DNA from: Octopus sinensis
Lineage: Eukaryota
DNA length: 64,000 nt
Direction of reading: 5' to 3'
Assembly (NCBI RefSeq): GCF_006345805.1
Contig: NC_042999.1
Coordinates: 56,668,001-56,732,000 of the forward strand
The position numbers and the translations under genes were made by a program. Shown one piece after another: positions 37,831 to 50,821 of the stretch. The notes under the pieces were generated by a model. It was not told the DNA's origin. It ran no database searches and saw only the letters and a program-made list of their open reading frames with translations. Position 1 is the first letter of the stretch; the number at the start of each line of letters is the position of its first letter.

Positions 37831-38103
37831 ATAAGGAACTTTAAAAATATTAATATTATATACACGTATTATTTAATATATATAAAAAATATGAACAAAT
37901 ATCCATATAGACATATACATATACATATATACAGACATATACATATATAAGCAAAGTGTATATACTATTTACGTGTGTAAAATACATAAACACAATCAAT
38001 AGGTTCTAGTAGATATACCATACGTCATAACCATATATATAAACATTGGAACTTATAAACACGTCTATGCTTATATAACAGATAAATAATAATTAATTAT
38101 TAG

Positions 38104-38186
<83 letters not shown>

Positions 38187-38252
38187 CATCAAAAATAATA
38201 TTATAACACGTCTATGCTTATATAACAGATAAATAATAATTAATTATTAGTA

Positions 38253-38283
<31 letters not shown>

Positions 38284-38346
38284 ATTATTATTATATTATT
38301 ATTATATTATTATTATTATTATTATATTATTATTATATTATTATTA

Positions 38347-41300
38347 TGTTTTTTTCCTTCTTTCTTCAAATCTTCTTCCGTTTCTCGCCGAGTTTTTTCC
38401 ATACACCTAGGGCAGGGAAGGACATTGCATGCATTCCCAGATTACACGCGCAAATTCACAGAAAAAATATGTATTTAAAAATTAATAAATAAATAAATTC
38501 ATGGATGCGTGTTATTTTCACAGCGATAGTGCTCTTCTCAGTACATAAGCCGTTCCAGTTAATACGATTTTTTGCACTTCCTGTAGGGATGGTAAGCCTG
38601 GAATCATTTTCAAATAGGTTTCAGTACCTTTTTTTTATCATTCCTAGAGATCCTACAATTACTGATACTGTAGTCGCCTTGAGATGCCACATTTTTTCAA
38701 TTTCTATTAGCAGGTCTTTATATTTACTAATCTTGTCAAATTCTTTCGCCGCTATATTGTGATCACAAGGGATACTCATGTCAATTAATAAGCACATCCT
38801 TTTTGTCTGATCTTTTATAATAATATCCGGTTTATTAGCTTTTATAGTCCTGTCGATCTGCACGGGGAAGTCCCATAGAATCGACACATTTTCCCTCAGT
38901 CACAGCTTCAGGATGATGTTTATACCATTTGTCAGCGATTTTGATTTTATAATGCCGACATATTTGTCCAATGTAAATACTGGCCGACTCTGTCATGTCT
39001 TGCTTTATATTCTGCAGGTGCTAAGACTCTACACCCTGAGATTAGGTGGTCTATTGTTTCAATCTCATCGTTACAGAATCGGCATTTTGGGTCAGCTCCA
39101 TTTTTCATCACATTGGCTTGGTAGTTCCGGGTTAATAAGCTTTGGTCTTGAGCAGCTAATATGAAACCTTCACTCTCTGCTTTTAGCCCTGAGCTTCGTA
39201 ACCATTGGTGCGTGTGTTTCTGGTCGACATCAGCTTGTTTGCTACGGGCCACATACTTGCCATGGAGAGGTTTCTGTTCCCATCTGCTAGCTAAATTTTC
39301 ATGTGCTTTTGTCTTTGCAATTAATTTTATTTTCTTTGCACCTGCAGTTGGCGCATTTTCTTCAGCCTGATCAATCTGGTGGGTATCTAAGAGATCAGCA
39401 GCGAATTTTTTGCTCTCTTTGAGAATAGAGTGAAGTTTTTTAGGTCTTTCATGTTTTTCAACAAGTTGAAATCCAATCGTTGGTTGCTTCAAGGTATTTG
39501 GCCAGTCCGATTGTGGTGGTTTTGTATGTAAGTTCAAGCTGGATCAAACCTCGGCCTCCCTGAGCTCTGGAAAGGTAAAGGCGATCCACGTCTGCCTTTG
39601 GATGGTGCATCTTATTACAAGTCAGTAGCTTGCGGATTTTTCGGTCAATTTTCATTATTTCACTGGTATTCCAGTTAAGCACATTGAAGCTATAAAGAAC
39701 AACTGGTACTGCTAAGGAATTTATGGCTAAAACCTTATTATATGCATTCAGCTCAGACTTCAGGACTGCTCGAACTCTTCTATAACATTCTTTCCTAACC
39801 TTCTCTTTCATGCTTGCATGCTGGATACCAGAGCCTTCATTTATTCCTAGGTATTTATAGGTTTGTTCCTGCTCAAGTTCCTTTATTACTATTTCGACAT
39901 CTAATTCGATTGAACTAGACTTTACCAATTTCCCTTTCTTAAAAGTGGTTTTGGCACACTTTTCAAGGCCAAACTCCATCCCGATATCATCACTGAATCC
40001 TTTCACAGTATGTAATAATCCTTCAAGCTCTTCATCATCTTTGCCATATAGCTTTAAGTCATCCATATAAAATAGATGGCTTATTTTCCTGTTATCAATT
40101 TTGTAGCCATATCCTGTTCTATTCAGTTCACTTGAGAGCGGTATTAGTGCTATGCAGAAAATTAGTGGTGAAAGTGAGTCACCTTGGAAAATTCCACAGT
40201 TTATGCTAATGTTGTTTGAGTGCAATACTCCTTTAGAATGATATAATTGGAGCTTCGTGTTCCATAGTGTTTAAAAAATCTGAAATCACAGGAGAAATTT
40301 TGAAAATGTCCAGCGATTTCAGAATCCACGAATGTGGTATGCTGTCAAAGGCTTTTTTATAATCAATCCATGAAGAGCTGAGATTTCTGCGCTTGTTATG
40401 GTAGTTCTCAAGGATCGTGCGATTAATTAGGAGCTGATCTTTGCATCCGTATGAGCCTCGTCTGCATCCTTTTTGTTCAGTGGGAAAGAGGTTATTCTCT
40501 TCCATAAACGTATATGTTTTCTCTACTAGAATAGATGTCAAAATCTTATAGGTAGTAGATAAACATGTTATAGGCCGGTAGTTTTTTGGGTCTTTCGTTT
40601 TGTTATTTTTGGGGAGGAGGTAAGTAATACCATTTGCCATCCAATGTGGTGTTTTTTCCGGGTCTTTCATAATACTATTAAATAGTATTACTAACATTTT
40701 TTGTGCGGACGAGAGTGATGAGAGCCAGAAATTTGGTACTCTGTCAATACCAGGGGATTTCCACTTATGAGCCTTCGTTAGTGCCCTCCTTAGGTCGGCG
40801 ATTGAGATGTCTTCCCATACCTGTTCTTGTAGATTTTTGTAGTCATCTTGGGTGCGTTTGATCCACTCTGCATTTTTATTGTATGGTTTCTCATCACTCC
40901 AGATCCCCTTCCAACAGTTTTCAACTTCTTTCATTAGGGGTGGATTTTCAATGGTTATTTTTTCTTTCCCTATTTCCCTGTAAAATGATTTGGCATTGGA
41001 TTTGAACATCTTATTTTGTTTGTAGAATTTGATTCTTTTCTCAAATCTGCGTATTCTCTGAGCTTTTGCTTGAACTTTTTGTTTAAGGGTTCCTTTTGCT
41101 GACATTAGTTCTTCTCTTGTTGAGTGTCCATATTTTCTCACAATCTTCCTGCCTTTTCTTGATCTTACATCATTTCCAGAGATTAGCTCAGTTAATATTG
41201 ATATCTCCCTTCGCAATGATTCAATTTCAGTTTCAATTCTACTCCTTCAGTTTGATTTTCTTTTCGAATTTGGTATTGTTGGCTTTTTGGGTGTTAAACA

Positions 41301-41385
41301 GCGTCTTTCGATTACCGTAGCGACAGAGTAAATAATTTCATTTAATTTATTAAGATCGGGTTTTAGTTGTTGTATGATTTCCTGT
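38347..41385 (-). mobile_element. R4/Dong-type non-LTR retrotransposon, about 3 kb, 5'-truncated, few lesions
   Basis: ORFs 40233-41216 (WKSPGID, YRPITCL, EQKGCRR, WIDYKKAFDS), 39458-40225 (GIFQGDSLSP, YMDDLKLY), 38947-39537 (CCHC) and 38621-38887 (KPDIIIKD..EFDKISKY). (TTA)n on both flanks. Confidence 0.95.
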
Positions 41386-41391
41386 TTATTA

Positions 41392-41456
<65 letters not shown>

Positions 41457-41596
41457 CATTATTATGTTTATAGTAATCTTCACTAGACCATACATATTCT
41501 AATAGATTCTGACTTATTAAAAAATTACGATACAAGATTAAATATATATATATATATTCATACGTATATATATATATATATGTATACAAATATACA

Positions 41597-41668
<72 letters not shown>

Positions 41669-42056
41669 CATATATCTAAATAAATAGATTTAATAATTAA
41701 TAATTAATAACTATCGTAACTTATAACTATCAATATATAAAAATGATATAATGGCGAAAATTATTTACTAATGGAAAGTAAGAAACATCTAAGCTCCATA
41801 AATTAAAGATAGGTGCAAAAATATTAGAACAAATGAACAATACACTATGAAGATATTCAACAACAACCGACAGTTGTAGTTGAATATATATTAATTATAT
41901 AGTTAGCTTATTTAATGAGTTTGTCTATATTTGAACCATTTCTTATTTTGATTACAATATTAATGGCTTGTAATAGCATTGTGTATATTAATTAATTTTA
42001 AAGTATTGTATAATTTAAGTATTGTTTTTAGTTTTCACTTATTATATATTTAATAT

Positions 42057-42154
<98 letters not shown>

Positions 42155-42861
42155 GAATATATTTATATTTTAAAAGATTATTTACGTATATTTATAAATT
42201 AATTATTTTATTATTCTAGTTTATTTTTAACCTGATGAGTGGTTATATTTATATATATGTTTATATCACAAATAACATGTCAGTAAAAAATTAAGAAAAT
42301 CTAAACAAAAAAATGTGTGATTTGATTTGTTTCATTGATAAATACAGACACCGTCTCTTTTATGTAAAATCAAACTCATTTTGAAAATAGTTTAGGGAGA
42401 GGCCTTGAAACCTCCAAGATCAGTTACTTTGTTCAGGTTCTTATGATATTGGGCAGGTGTTAAATCCTTATATCATCGGCTTCCAAAGGTATAAAATATT
42501 GGAGTATTGAATCACTAAACAGCTACAACTTCAACACGGAACTCTGCTGTTCAGTTCCATTAAAAGTGCCTTCACTTTCTTCTAATTGTTATACATAATA
42601 TGCTTTGTATCTTATGATCGACGAAAGATAATCAAACTTCTGCTGTAATGCCAACATATATACGTATATACATGTAATTATGTCTGTCCGTATTATTACT
42701 TGCCTTATTCTGTATATGATAACTCTGTGCAATTATCTTAAAACAATATTATCTAAAACACTGTATCCATCTTACGTATTCTAAATTTTTAAATATCAAA
42801 TACACGATAACACATGTTTTTACGGTACAGTTTATTCAATGTACATATGTAAAATACATCT

Positions 42862-43092
42862 AAGGCGGTGAGCTGGCAGAAACGTTAGCACGCCGGGCGA
42901 AATACGTAGCCGTATTTTTCTGTCGATACGTTCGGAGTTCAAATTCCGCCGAGGTCGACTTTGCCTTTCATCCTTTCAGGGTCGATAAATAAAGTACTAG
43001 TTACGCACTGGAGTCGATGTAGTTGACTTCATCCCTTTGTCTGTCCTTATTTGTCCCCTCTGTGTTTAGCCCCTTGTGGGTAGTAAAGAAAT
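42862..43092 (+). mobile_element. SINE family E with a 17-bp TSD
   Basis: TSD ATATGTAAAATACATCT (42845-42861) and ATATGTAAAATACACCT (43093-43109). Confidence 0.88.
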
Positions 43093-43406
43093 ATATGTAA
43101 AATACACCTGGAAATGCAAAACAGTTATTGAGTAATTCATATTTTCGAATACAGCCACTTAGCTCTTCCTCGTATTTCTTACATTTTATCTTCTACTAAA
43201 TTACCATGACCAACGCAGCAATTTAATCTGCGAGTATATGAAGCAAAGAAACCATTCCTTCTGACATGGTACGGATTAATCCAACGCCTTTTTTTTTTGA
43301 CGATATTTGTATCAAAATATATTTGATTCAATTAATTTTGAAAATAGGGCAGGCCCAGACGGGTTAATATCAAAAAAGATTAAATATTTTTCTGTTTGCT
43401 TAGCAA

Positions 43407-43808
43407 ACAGGCGTAGGAGTGGCTCTGTGGTAAGTAGCTTTCTTACCAACCACATGGTTCCGGGTTCAGTCCTACTGCGTGGCACCTTGGGCAAGTGTCT
43501 TCTACTATAGCCTCGGGCCGACCAAAGCCTTGTGAGTGGATTTGGTAGACAGAAACTGAAAGAAGCCCATCGTATATATGTATATATGTGTGTGTGTGTA
43601 TTTGTGTGTCTGTGTTTGTCCACCCAACATCACTTGACAACTGATGCTGGTGCGTTTACGTCCCCGTAACTTATCGGTTCGGCAAAAGAGACCGATAGAA
43701 TAGGTACTAGGCTTACAAAGAATAAGTCCTGGGGTCGATTTGCTCGACTAAAGGCGGTGCTCCAGCATGGCCGCAGTCAAAATGACTGAAACAAGTAAAA
43801 GAGTAAAA
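43407..43808 (+). mobile_element. SINE family A, full length; further copies at 50620-51056 (+), 51724-52135 (+), 55762-56220 (-), 59238-59545 (+); fragments at 45850-46040 (-), 47224-47375 (+), 49780-49940 (-)
   Basis: Conserved head and tail with a (TA)/(TG) microsatellite after GAAGCCC.TCG. Confidence 0.9.
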
Positions 43809-44264
43809 AGTAAATCTAAAGTCATTTTAGGTTTGATTTTCATATATTCTACAGCTTCAGGTTTCCTTACAGCTCTCTCATTTCCAAGAAAAGTATTTCA
43901 TTCCATATTTATTTAATATCTATAAACAACATTTTAAACATATTTTCCCCCGTTGATGCATTGTCCAAAATGGCATTGAGGTCGTTGGCTTTGTGTCATA
44001 ACAATTGCTTTGCCCCGAGGATGATATATCTATAAATAGATGTCTTCCCCGCGGGAATATTTTTCAGGCATACAGTTTGCATTGTTCATGTTAATTACTT
44101 TGGTTTGCTGTCATTGTCTTGCAGAGAAAGAATTTGATGCCAATTTGGTTTACGCATCTCCTTCTAAATTGAATTTCTAAATTCCCTGTTGAGCGAGTTA
44201 CAACACACTTTGCGAAAGATGCTGAGTTACTGTTGCATTTGGAACATACATTAGTACATATATA

Positions 44265-44288
44265 CATACATACATACATACATACACA

Positions 44289-44386
<98 letters not shown>

Positions 44387-44406
44387 TATGCAAATATATA
44401 TGTGTA

Positions 44407-44450
<44 letters not shown>

Positions 44451-44568
44451 GTAATATATGTGTGTGTATATATATGTATAAATACATATATATACATATG
44501 CATGTGTGCATATATATATATATATAATATATATACATATGGATATGTATCTATATATGTGTATGTAC

Positions 44569-44626
<58 letters not shown>

Positions 44627-44628
44627 TT

Positions 44629-44688
<60 letters not shown>

Positions 44689-44734
44689 TGTATGTATGTA
44701 TGTATGTATGTATGTATGTATGTATATGCAAATA

Positions 44735-44819
<85 letters not shown>

Positions 44820-44890
44820 GTAAATATATGTGTGTGTATATATATGTATAAATACATATATATACATATGCATGTGTGCATATATATATA
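44265..44890. repeat. Compound TA/TATG microsatellite block with internal duplications
   Basis: Direct reading. Confidence 0.95.
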
Positions 44891-45163
44891 TCTCTCTTAT
44901 TATAAAAGGCAGATTTTATCTGCCTCCCTTTGGGAGTTATACAAATCTACAATATAGGATTTCTTCAATTACAATTTACCTTGCATTTTTAAGAGTACAA
45001 TGCATCGCGTCATGCCAGGTCCAGTTTTTAAAATTTAAACTCCAATTAAGCAAAATTTACAGAAAACTCACATTCTGGTGTGTGTGTCAAATGCTTTTCT
45101 TAGTCTGGTTTACAGCACACGCAAACGCACACACACAGTGGGCAACGAATAAAATGAAAGTAA
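44891..45163 (+). mobile_element. Helitron-like 5' segment (head type H3); near-identical copy at 56840-57108
   Basis: A|TC start, then TCTTATTATAAAAGGCAGATTTTATCTGCC hairpin; no CTRR end found. Confidence 0.6.
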
Positions 45164-45391
45164 TTGACTTACTGTAGTGAGTGATTCTTTCACTCTGCCT
45201 CCCACTTCCTCTTTCAACACATAGACACGCAAATATATAAATAAAATTGTAAGCTAACGTGCGTGTGTGTGGGTGTGCGCGTGTGTGTGTGTGTGTGAGG
45301 GTGCGTGTGTGTGTGTGTGTGTGCGTGTGCGTGAGTGTGTGACAGGAAAGTTTTTTACGACGAATATAACACCTATATCCAAGTAGCAGAA

Positions 45392-45765
45392 AGATAAGAC
45401 AGTAAGGTGTGATTTGAGGGAAATTTGGCTGCTATTTCTACCAGGTCTAGCTGCCATGTAGGGGTCTCCCTCATAGGCTCATACATACATATATACATAG
45501 ATAAGACAGTAAGGTGTGATTTGGGGGAAATTTGGCTGCTATTTCTACCAGGTCTAGCTGCCATGTAGGGGTCTCCCTCATAGGCTCATACATACATATA
45601 TACATAGATAAGACAGTAAGGTGTGATTTGGGGGAAATTTGGCTGCTATTTCTACCAGGTCTATCTACCATGTAGAGGTCCCCTCATTGGCTCATATATA
45701 TATATACATACATAAGACAGTAAGGTGTGATTTGAGGGAGATTTGGCTGCTGTTTCTACCAGGTC
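45392..45765 (+). repeat. Tandem array of a 107-bp unit (about 3.5 copies), each ending in (CATA)n
   Basis: Unit starts at 45392, 45499, 45606 and about 45710. Confidence 0.93.
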
Positions 45766-46131
45766 TGTTAGGCCTTCTCATGTAAACTCAAGCTTTCTCA
45801 TGCCTTGAACATAAGACCAAAGCAGAGAATGTATTCTTTTATTCTTCTGCTTTTTCCAGCCATTGGTCTGTGGCCATGCTGGGGCAATGCCTTGAAGAAT
45901 TGTAGTTTAATGAATCAACTCCAGTTTTATTTTTGTAAGCATTGTACTTATTCTATCTGTTTCCTTTGTCAAATCACTAGGTGACAGGGATGTAAACAAA
46001 CCAACATTCGTTGTCAAGCAGTGGTGGAGGACAATCACAAGCACAGACACGCACACACACACACATACATGCATACACATATACACACATACATACATAC
46101 ATACATATATATATATGTGTGTATATATATA

Positions 46132-46457
46132 TTGCAGCCTGGAAGGTGTTTCTAAGCCATTTAAGAAACACACAAAAACCGTTACATTCACTTCAACATT
46201 TAAATTTAATTTGCCAAAATATTTTCGTCGCTTTGAGACCGCGACCTGTTCACTGACAAAAATATCGTGCTAACAGGTCGCGGTCTCAAAGCGACGAAAA
46301 TATTTTGACAAATTAAATTTATGTTGAAGTGAATCTGAATCTAACGGTTTTTGTGTGTTCTTAAATGGCTTATAAACACCTTCAACGCGCTGCAACTGTT
46401 TTCGTTCCAGCACACGATCTCAGATCAAGTCACTTGCTATGCAAGTACATCTCTGTA
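46132..46457. mobile_element. Palindromic MITE-like element (arms of about 120 bp, 21-bp spacer)
   Basis: 46132-46250 is the inverted repeat of 46272-46395; the right end reads TACAGAGATGTAC on the minus strand. Confidence 0.8.
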
Positions 46458-46559
46458 ACTATATATATATTTATATATATATATATATATGTATATTGGT
46501 AAAAACAGTAAGATAACAAAAGAAAGAAAGAGACCTCAATATTATGTAAATAGAGGAAA

Positions 46560-46953
46560 TCTTTATATATAAAAGTGAGGTTGTGTGTCTGTCTCCTACG
46601 ATTTAGATTCCTAACTACTCCCACATTTTGCGGTGCAGTTTAACCAAAACCGGGTATCTTATAGTCGTGATTCATATCGAGACCGTCTGGGTATTAGCGC
46701 GCGTCTACGATGAGTCTACGATTTAAAAAAAAATTTACCATCAATTTTTCCCATTTTAATCCATTTTTGACATATATAAGGGAAGTAACTCTCTAAAATT
46801 TATTATTAAATCTCAGAACGTAAAAAGCTACAGTAACACCCCTCCCCCTTTGTGGTTAGCCATATTGAGATGGCTATTATACTTTACATCTCTAAAAATG
46901 CTTATATAATTATTTCCCTTACAAACCCGAGCAACGCCGGGCGATACTGCTAG
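46560..46953 (+). mobile_element. Non-autonomous Helitron (head type H1)
   Basis: A|TC...CCCGAGCAACGCCGGG hairpin...CTAG|T. Confidence 0.88.
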
Positions 46954-47052
46954 TATATATATAAATATATATACATATGGATATGTATCTATATATGTGT
47001 ATGTACATATATATATATACATAATTATATATATATATATTATATATATATA

Positions 47053-47084
<32 letters not shown>

Positions 47085-47103
47085 CTTTATATATATATAA
47101 TAT

Positions 47104-47146
<43 letters not shown>

Positions 47147-47719
47147 TTATATATATATATATATATTATATATATATATGTAATATAACACAACACACAC
47201 ACACAACATATATATATATATATAGGCGCAGGCGCGGCTGTGTCGTAAGAAGCTCGCTGCTTCCCGACTACATGGTTCTGGATTCACTCCAACTGCGCGG
47301 CACATTTGACGAGTGTCTTTTACTATAGCCCTGGGCCGAAAAAACCTTATGAGAACATTTGGTAGACGGAAACTCAAAGAATCCCATTGTTTTTATGTTT
47401 TTTTAATGCTAATGACTGAAAACCAAACTCATGTTTTATAGAAATTAATAATTAAAAAGTTATGAAGCATTAAAGATTGGAATCATTTTTGAATCAGATG
47501 CTGCCAGTTTCGACACGGCGGAAGTCGGTGGTTGTAGTTTGTTTAATCTTAGCAGCATCGTCACCAAAACAATAGTGACTAATCATTTATTTCACAGACC
47601 TCGGATGGATGAAAGGTACAGTCAGCATCGGCGGGTTTGAACCCACAATGTAAACAACGGTAATTAAATAACGCAAATCATTTTGTTTAATGTTCTAATG
47701 GAGATGTATATAAACACAC

Positions 47720-48080
47720 GTGGAGGCGCAATGGCCCAGTGGTTAGGGCAGCGGACTCGCGGTCGTAGGATCGTGGTTTCGATTCCCAGACCGGGCGTTG
47801 TGAGTGTTTATTGAGCGAAAACACCTAAAAGCTCCACGAGGCTCCGGCAGGGATGGTGGTGATCCCTGCTGTACTCTTTCACCACAACTTTCTCTCACTT
47901 TTACTTCCTGTTTCTGTTGTACCTTGTCACTCTCTGTGTCACGCTGAATATCCCCGAGAACTACGTTAAGGGTACACGTGTCTGTGGAGTGCTCAGCCAC
48001 TTACACGTTAATTTCACGAGCAGGCTGTTCCGTTGATCGGATCAACCGGAACCCTCGTCGTCGTAACCGACGGAGTGCTT
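47720..48080 (+). mobile_element. SINE family B; head-only copy at 56457-56547 (-)
   Basis: A box TGGCCCAGTGG, B box GTTTCGATTCC. Confidence 0.88.
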
Positions 48081-48125
48081 CCATCCATATAAACACACAC
48101 ACACGCACATTTACATACATACATA

Positions 48126-49028
48126 ATTAGATCATCCCATAGATAATGCGGATTTTTTATACTTCTCTTATTTTTCAACATTAAAATAAACAAAGTTCTT
48201 TTTTAATCTAAAATAAACTCTCCTTAAGTTCCTACAATGCTCTTCCATTTATCAGGTAGATGTGCAAGACCTCTTTTCCAAAATTCATTTGTCCGCAACG
48301 AAAAATACTCCTCTAGTACTGTTCTGACCTAGTCTACAGAATTCATATTTTTCCGTCCAAATGATTTCGAAGACTGTGGTATAAATTATAATTAGATAAG
48401 AGCTGGCAGAAACGTTAGCACGCCTGGCGAAATGCGTAGCCGTATTTCGTCTGCCGTTACGTTCTGAGTTCAAATTCCGCCGAGGTCGACTTTGCCTTTC
48501 ATCCTTTCGGGGTCGATTAAATAAGTACCAGTTACGCACTGGGGTCGATATATAATCGACTTAATCTGTTTGTCCTTGTTTGTCCGCTCTGTGTTTAGCC
48601 CATTGTGGGTAGTAAAGAAATAGGTATAAATTATAATTAGATGGGACAATGTCCGACGAATATGGTGGGTGGGGCATCGTTTCCCGTTCAAACTGCTCTA
48701 GCCTTTGGAGTGTTATCCTCGCTGTATGTGGCCGAGCATTATCCTGATGGAAGAATACATTTCGTCTTGAAACCAAAGATGGTCGTTTTTCTTCTAATGC
48801 TGACTCGAACTCATAAAGCAAAAAATATGCCGAATATGATCCTTTGTCACTTCTATTATAAGTTCGAAAAAATAACTGTTAAAATCGAACTGCATTTTTC
48901 AAAACTTGCCCTAAGAATAAAGACGGGGTTAAATTACTACTTGGTTTTATAGCAGGTAGTTTATCCCATCCCCACCGACTTTTAGTTCATGCCATTGAAA
49001 AAACCGCATTATTTATGGGATGACCCAA
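48126..49028 (-). mobile_element. Internally deleted mariner with a SINE E insertion (48398-48625)
   Basis: TIRs ..TCATCCCATA.ATAATGCGG; transposase remnant FFHQDNARPH..HPPYSSD; SINE TSD (GGT)ATAAATTATAATTAGAT. Confidence 0.85.
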
Positions 49029-50067
49029 TACATACATACATACATACGTACGTACATAAGTATGTCTGTATGCGTGCCGTCATCAAATTGAAATACAAGA
49101 AACAAGCGATGAGCTAAGATGTGAAGAGATAATCTAAGATAAATACAAAATAATAATAAGAAGAAAGATAAATACAAAATAATAAAAAAAAAGATTTACA
49201 CACAAAAAGCTTAAATCGTTGATGTACATTTGTACATTATTAGAAGCGTCACGTCAGTTGGATAAACACGTGACATCATAATGGCTGTTTAGTTGAAGCA
49301 CAGACATTTCCAAAGACGATACAGAGTGTTTGTGACAAGTCCATTTTCTCAGCATCGGACTAGAATTTACAATCTAGGTCAATAATCACTTGAACCAGAA
49401 ATCTATTTGAAGCATAATTTCAAATGATCGACCTATCGATCACAATATATCGTATAATATCGGGAGCCGTTCTTGGGTGTGCAGTTGATCATTTCTAGTT
49501 GAGACACAGGGCTACAAATTGTAAGGATGGGGTTTGATCAATTATATTAATCCCTGTGATTGACAGCAACTTATTTTTTAATGACTTAAAGAAGGAAGGG
49601 CACTCTATGATTGTTTTTAGAGTCTCGGACATCTGTGGAGAGCATGGATGGAGTTATCTTCAGACAAAAGATATGGCTTGAATTCTTGCAACAGAGTGGA
49701 CTTTGTTAAAAACATCCAAGGATCAGGTGATGATGTTAAACCGGGTAACCGACTCAATCTCCCACCCCAGAACAGAAAAAAAGGATTTTAATAGGTTTCT
49801 GCACAGTTTCCATCCACCAAATTCTACCGAATCCCACTCACGAGGCTTCTGCCGACTCGAAGCTATGGGAGTGAAAGTACTTGCTCAAGGTACCAAGCTA
49901 TGGGATTGAACTAGAACTCAGTTGTGTAAACACGCAGCCCAAAAATATGCACCAAAAAGACGAATGACAAATTGAATCACAGCAGGATTGAACCCAGAAC
50001 ATTAATTAACATAACTAAATATCACAAGTCATTTTACCTGGTGCTCCACCGATTCTAACTCACTTAA

Positions 50068-50296
50068 CCCTTTCAACCCGAAATTTTTTCTGAAGAATGT
50101 TTTCTCAAGTCGGTAATAGCGGAGGGTTTGTACGCATGCGTGCCTTTTGAGCTGTCGTTATAGTGTCATACACCCCGATTATACGCCTGGCGCTACATAT
50201 TTACCAGAAAAAACCGGAGCGGTACTATACTGCAATCGCATAGAATGGGAATTTTTAGGACTTGGGTTGTAAAATTTTTGACTGGTACAAAAAGGG
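50068..50296. mobile_element. Possible piggyBac-type MITE
   Basis: TTAA-CCCTTT ... AAAGGG-T-TTAA; only 6 bp of clear TIR. Confidence 0.4.
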
Positions 50297-50772
50297 TTTA
50301 ATGAAATCCTGTATCGTATCAATATTCAGTTTTAAGGAAAGTAACAGAATTGACTGAATCCACTCCAGCGAATTTACTCGAGGAATTAAAAATAAAGTTA
50401 GCTTCAACAGAATTGAAACTCGGAACGTAGAGGAACAAAACTAAATGTTGTAACACACTGAAACCACTGATCCACGGGCGTAACATGTCTCCTCTTTCTT
50501 TTCTATCGCCGCTGCAGTGGTCTCTCTACTCCACAGAACTAGTTGACCCGCCACCACCACCGCTTCCACCATATCGACATATTTAACCGAGAACCTCAAC
50601 AAACCACTGGTACTTAATGGTTGTTGTAGCTTGCTTGCCAACTACATGGTTCCGGGTTCAGTCCCACTGCGTGGCACCTTGGGCAAGTGTCTTCTACTAT
50701 AGCCTCGGGCCGACCAAAGCCTTGTGAGTGGATTTGGTAGACGGAAACTGAAAGAAGCCCGTCGTATATATG

Positions 50773-50821
<49 letters not shown>

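Noticed and set aside
42228-42285. Possible hammerhead (CCTGATGAGTG...CAC-AAA..ACATGTC)
   Set aside because: The GAAA is broken and the stems pair poorly; at best a dead remnant.
49621-49726. Plus-strand exon candidate (106 nt, open frame SLGHLWRAWMEL...)
   Set aside because: No recognisable homology and no partner exons; it shows that such candidates arise by chance.
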